DNA of 64,000 nucleotides from Giardia intestinalis (lineage: Eukaryota), in NCBI GenBank assembly GCA_000002435.2, contig CM018792.1; one strand, written 5' to 3'. Position 1 is the stretch's first letter; every line of letters starts with the position of its first letter. The notes below the pieces were generated by a model. The model did not search any database, was not told the DNA's origin, and worked only from the letters and a program-made list of their open reading frames with translations. This document shows, piece by piece, positions 61,337 to 64,000 of the stretch. The position numbers and the translations under genes are program-made.

Positions 61337-64000
61337 AATGCTGATACTGTCATGGTTGTTGCCATGCCTCCTCACGGTATCTGTCAGCACAGAAATGGAG
61401 CTTAGGAAGGCCTTAAGCAACGGAAGAGACGTCACACTAAACGATGACATAACTCTCAAACTGCCGTGGATGCCTGTTCCTGCATATGGAAAAGTGTTCG
61501 ATGGCAAGGGTCACACTATCCGAAACATCTCAGTGAGCTCGACTGTCCCAGCCAGCCAGGGATCAGGGCTTTTTTCTGAATTGACTGGAGGAAGTATTTC
61601 CAATCTAAATTTGCAATTCAATACAACAATTGATAGTGGATTGATACTTTTTGGTGGCGTGTCAGCAAAGGCTTCGGACAAGGCCAGGGTTACAAACGTC
61701 AATGTCAGTGGAACGGTCTCGATTAAATCACACGCCGATGGAAACGTGACTGTTGGTTGTATCTTCGGAACAGCCGGAGACACTGGAACTCGAGAGCCTT
61801 CTGACGCAGTCCGATCAGACTGCATCGTCACTGTTAATGCTTCTAACGCGAATCTCAGGCTCGGCGGATTCATCGGAATTCTGGAGAACACTGCAGTGGC
61901 CATGCACTACACCGGGAAGCCGCGCGTAGGCTGTCATGCAAAGCGGTGCTACGTCGGAGGCTTCGCATCGATGGCAACAGGGCCTATTCAAGATGTCCAC
62001 TTTACAGATTCGGTTGTCAACGCCACTGCCCTTCGACACTCGATTGTGGGAGGTATTGTAGGCCATGGCAATAACATTCAGCTCTGCAGCTCATACAACT
62101 CGACCATCAGTGTCACCTCTACTGGCCGTGTCCTTGCTGGTGTGTCTGTCGGAGGGGCAGTCGGCGAAACTAATGCCGAAAACTATGTGATCAACACGAC
62201 ATTTGTTAAGGCATCAATGATTGTTCTGGAGACACGCTCCTCATCCTATCTCGGGGGTGTTCTGGGATATGGCAAGCATAGGGGTGGAACCATGACGAAT
62301 AGCTACGCTGTTGTTCAATCGCTGCGAGGGTATAATAATGGTGGCCATATGTACGGTGGAGGATTTCTGGGCTACGGTAATGCGTCTTCTCTTACCCTTT
62401 CTACGTGTTACATGTTCGTTCCAGAGTTTCAATTCTTCGAGAAGCCCGGGGCCGGTGGGCAGTCATATTACGGGGGATTCTTTGGACTTATCAACGGGTC
62501 ATCGTCAGACACACCATCAGTTCACAGCATTCAGGCTGGGATGGGCAAGTTTGAGGTACGGATGGTTGCGCAGGGGACCAACGCTGGAAACTTCGGAGGC
62601 GCGATAGAAGCAGCTCGTGAAACGCTTATTGAGCGCATAGTGCTTATGGGAGCCGCAGGTATCTGGTCTGGCGAAGCTCCGGAAAATGCAGCGATCTTCA
62701 TCGGCAAGGTTGGTCCAGGGATAAACCTTAAAACAATCTTGGTCAATATTTCCATCGGTAACGGAAACAATCTACCCAATACCGCAAACTTTGTCAACAC
62801 ATTCACTGGTACAGCGACAGACATTGTCTACAATTCTGGCATTGTAAAGACGTCGCAATTTATGCCTGCCTCAGGGACATATCAGAACTTTAATATACGT
62901 GTCAATACAACCACTCAAGTCTCCTGCGAAAACTACCTCCAAAAACACGGACTCGACAGCAGCAAAGTTAATTGTGCGGATGACTTATATCTAAATAAAA
63001 CCACTTCAAGCGCTCAGATCAATACCGATTGGAAGTTTGAAACTGTCGACAACTGGGAACATGATCCAAAGGGATGGTACTTGCCCAAGGGAATGCCGGT
63101 CGCCAACTCAGCAATTAACAACCCGGCCCTCTTTATGACTATATACCTTGATGCTAAGGGGAAAACAGGCCTTTCATGGCAGAACAGTGGATGGGATAAT
63201 GAAACTATATGGCGCTTTGGAAACACTAATGAAGCCGATACTACGAAGGCAATCCCACCCTCTTTTCCTGCCCTTTGGAAGAATCCCGAATCGTTCCTAG
63301 CGTGCACCCCTCAAAGCTGTGGGCGTGAAAGCTTCTTTAGCCCATTCATGTGCAATTGTCTGCACGGCTGTCCTGACCTAAAGAACGGACAGTGCAGTTC
63401 ATACAATGGCGCGACGTGTGACGAGGGCTGGAAAAATGTTGGGACTTCTTTATGTTCTGGTTTCAGTTGCGCAGGTAAGGATCAGCTGTGCGGAGGTAGT
63501 CAGGTAGCTGAGTGTGATGCTGGCAGCAGCCTGTGCAAGTGCAAGGAGCATGAAAAATACTACAACATCTCCACAAAGACCTGCGAAATGGGATGCCAAG
63601 GCATTGGCCACGGGTTTTGCACAGGCCCTGGTGTGGCAATGTGTGACAAAGGGTGGAAAGATGGTGAAGCCGGTCTTTGCACCGTGTACAGTTGTTCTTC
63701 AGATGATCCCACAACGGCATGTGGGGGCTCCTCAGTTGCTAAATGTATTACTGCATACGATGTTTGTAATTGCACAGTTCAGACCTCAGCCTATAATCCT
63801 GAGAATAAGCAATGTGAGCCTAATAAGTGTACTATAGCTAGCGGGGATCACATTTGCATCGGAGAAAACAAGGCCATTTGCATGTCCAATACTTGGCCAA
63901 CCAGTGGAACGTCTGGCGAAACACTCTGCGCACACTATGACTGTATGAGGCACCAGCAGTGTGCCGCTGGAAGTGTTTGTGATATTGATACGTTTGCTTG
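61337..64000 (+). CDS. Secreted or membrane cysteine-rich protein. Partial: it runs off the window end. It has a signal peptide, Gly-rich GLUG-like beta-helix repeats, and EGF/tenascin-like Cys repeats.
   Basis: Hand translation from the ATG at 61337 stays open to 64000. Signal peptide MLILSWLLPCLLTVSVS. There are repeated ..GG[FIV][IVL]G.. units (RLGGFIGIL, VGGFASMA, VGGIVGHG, AGVSVGGAVG, LGGVLGYG, GGGFLGYG, YGGFFGLI). From about nt 63300 onward the Cys spacing is EGF-like (CDEGWKNVGTSLCSGFSC, CEMGCQGIGHGFCTGPGVAMCDKGWKDGEAGLC). It is not in the ORF track because it has no stop in the window. Confidence 0.6.

Noticed and set aside
1-64000. Bacterial-style gene calls using the track's TTG/GTG starts (for example 20875, 46367, 49446)
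   Set aside because: The VSP, histone and eIF4E content makes this a eukaryote. Starts were moved to the first ATG in an AT-rich context.
1-64000. Telomeric (TAGGG)n arrays, transposon ends, or CRISPR-like direct repeats
   Set aside because: None were seen. The only tandem repeats are coding repeats inside the genes at 3290-3660 and 33585-33940.

Overview
This 64-kb window looks like a gene-dense, intron-free eukaryotic locus, most likely from the diplomonad Giardia intestinalis (lamblia). About 30 genes are packed head-to-head or tail-to-tail with very short intergenic spacers. The features list also covers a shared head-to-head promoter and a coding-repeat annotation. The species call rests on three things I can read directly:
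- One ORF is a textbook variant-specific surface protein (VSP): signal peptide, CXXC and GGCY motifs, a transmembrane segment and the invariant C-terminal CRGKA. It is followed by the VSP-type extended poly(A) signal ACTTAGGTAGTAAAT.
- Most start codons are preceded by short AT-rich initiator-like stretches.
- AGTRAAY poly(A) signals sit at or just after stop codons.
The supplied ORF track uses bacterial alternative start codons (TTG and others are shown as M) and omits ORFs that run off the window edges. I therefore moved several starts to the first ATG and added two edge-truncated genes: 1..2273 on the minus strand and 61337..64000 on the plus strand.

Genes I recognise from their motifs:
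- Chromatin, nuclear pore and ribosome: histone H3; a Nup155/Nup170-like nucleoporin; an FG-repeat protein with a Ran-binding domain; ribosomal proteins L38e and S21e.
- RNA metabolism and helicases: a Ski2/Mtr4-family helicase; an RNase PH-type exosome subunit; RNase Z; eIF4E; an Fe-S DEAH helicase of the XPD/RTEL1/FANCJ/Chl1 family.
- Other recognised genes: an ABCC/MRP-type ABC transporter; pyruvate kinase; a CCHC zinc-knuckle protein; several coiled-coil or ankyrin proteins.

The most unusual item is a 2721-aa ORF that fuses an N-terminal Ser/Thr (NEK-like) kinase domain to a C-terminal histidine-kinase-type ATPase domain with all the N, G1, F, G2 and G3 boxes. Other things worth a second look:
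- A roughly 2-kb stretch with no convincing ORF and a ~70% GC core, directly upstream of the VSP gene.
- A secreted protein that combines GLUG-like glycine-rich repeats with EGF-like cysteine repeats.
- Start codons of divergent gene pairs only 26-36 bp apart.
- Stop codons of one convergent pair only 3 bp apart.
- Two nuclear-pore-related genes flanking the H3 gene.

I found no rRNA, tRNA, transposon or CRISPR features.
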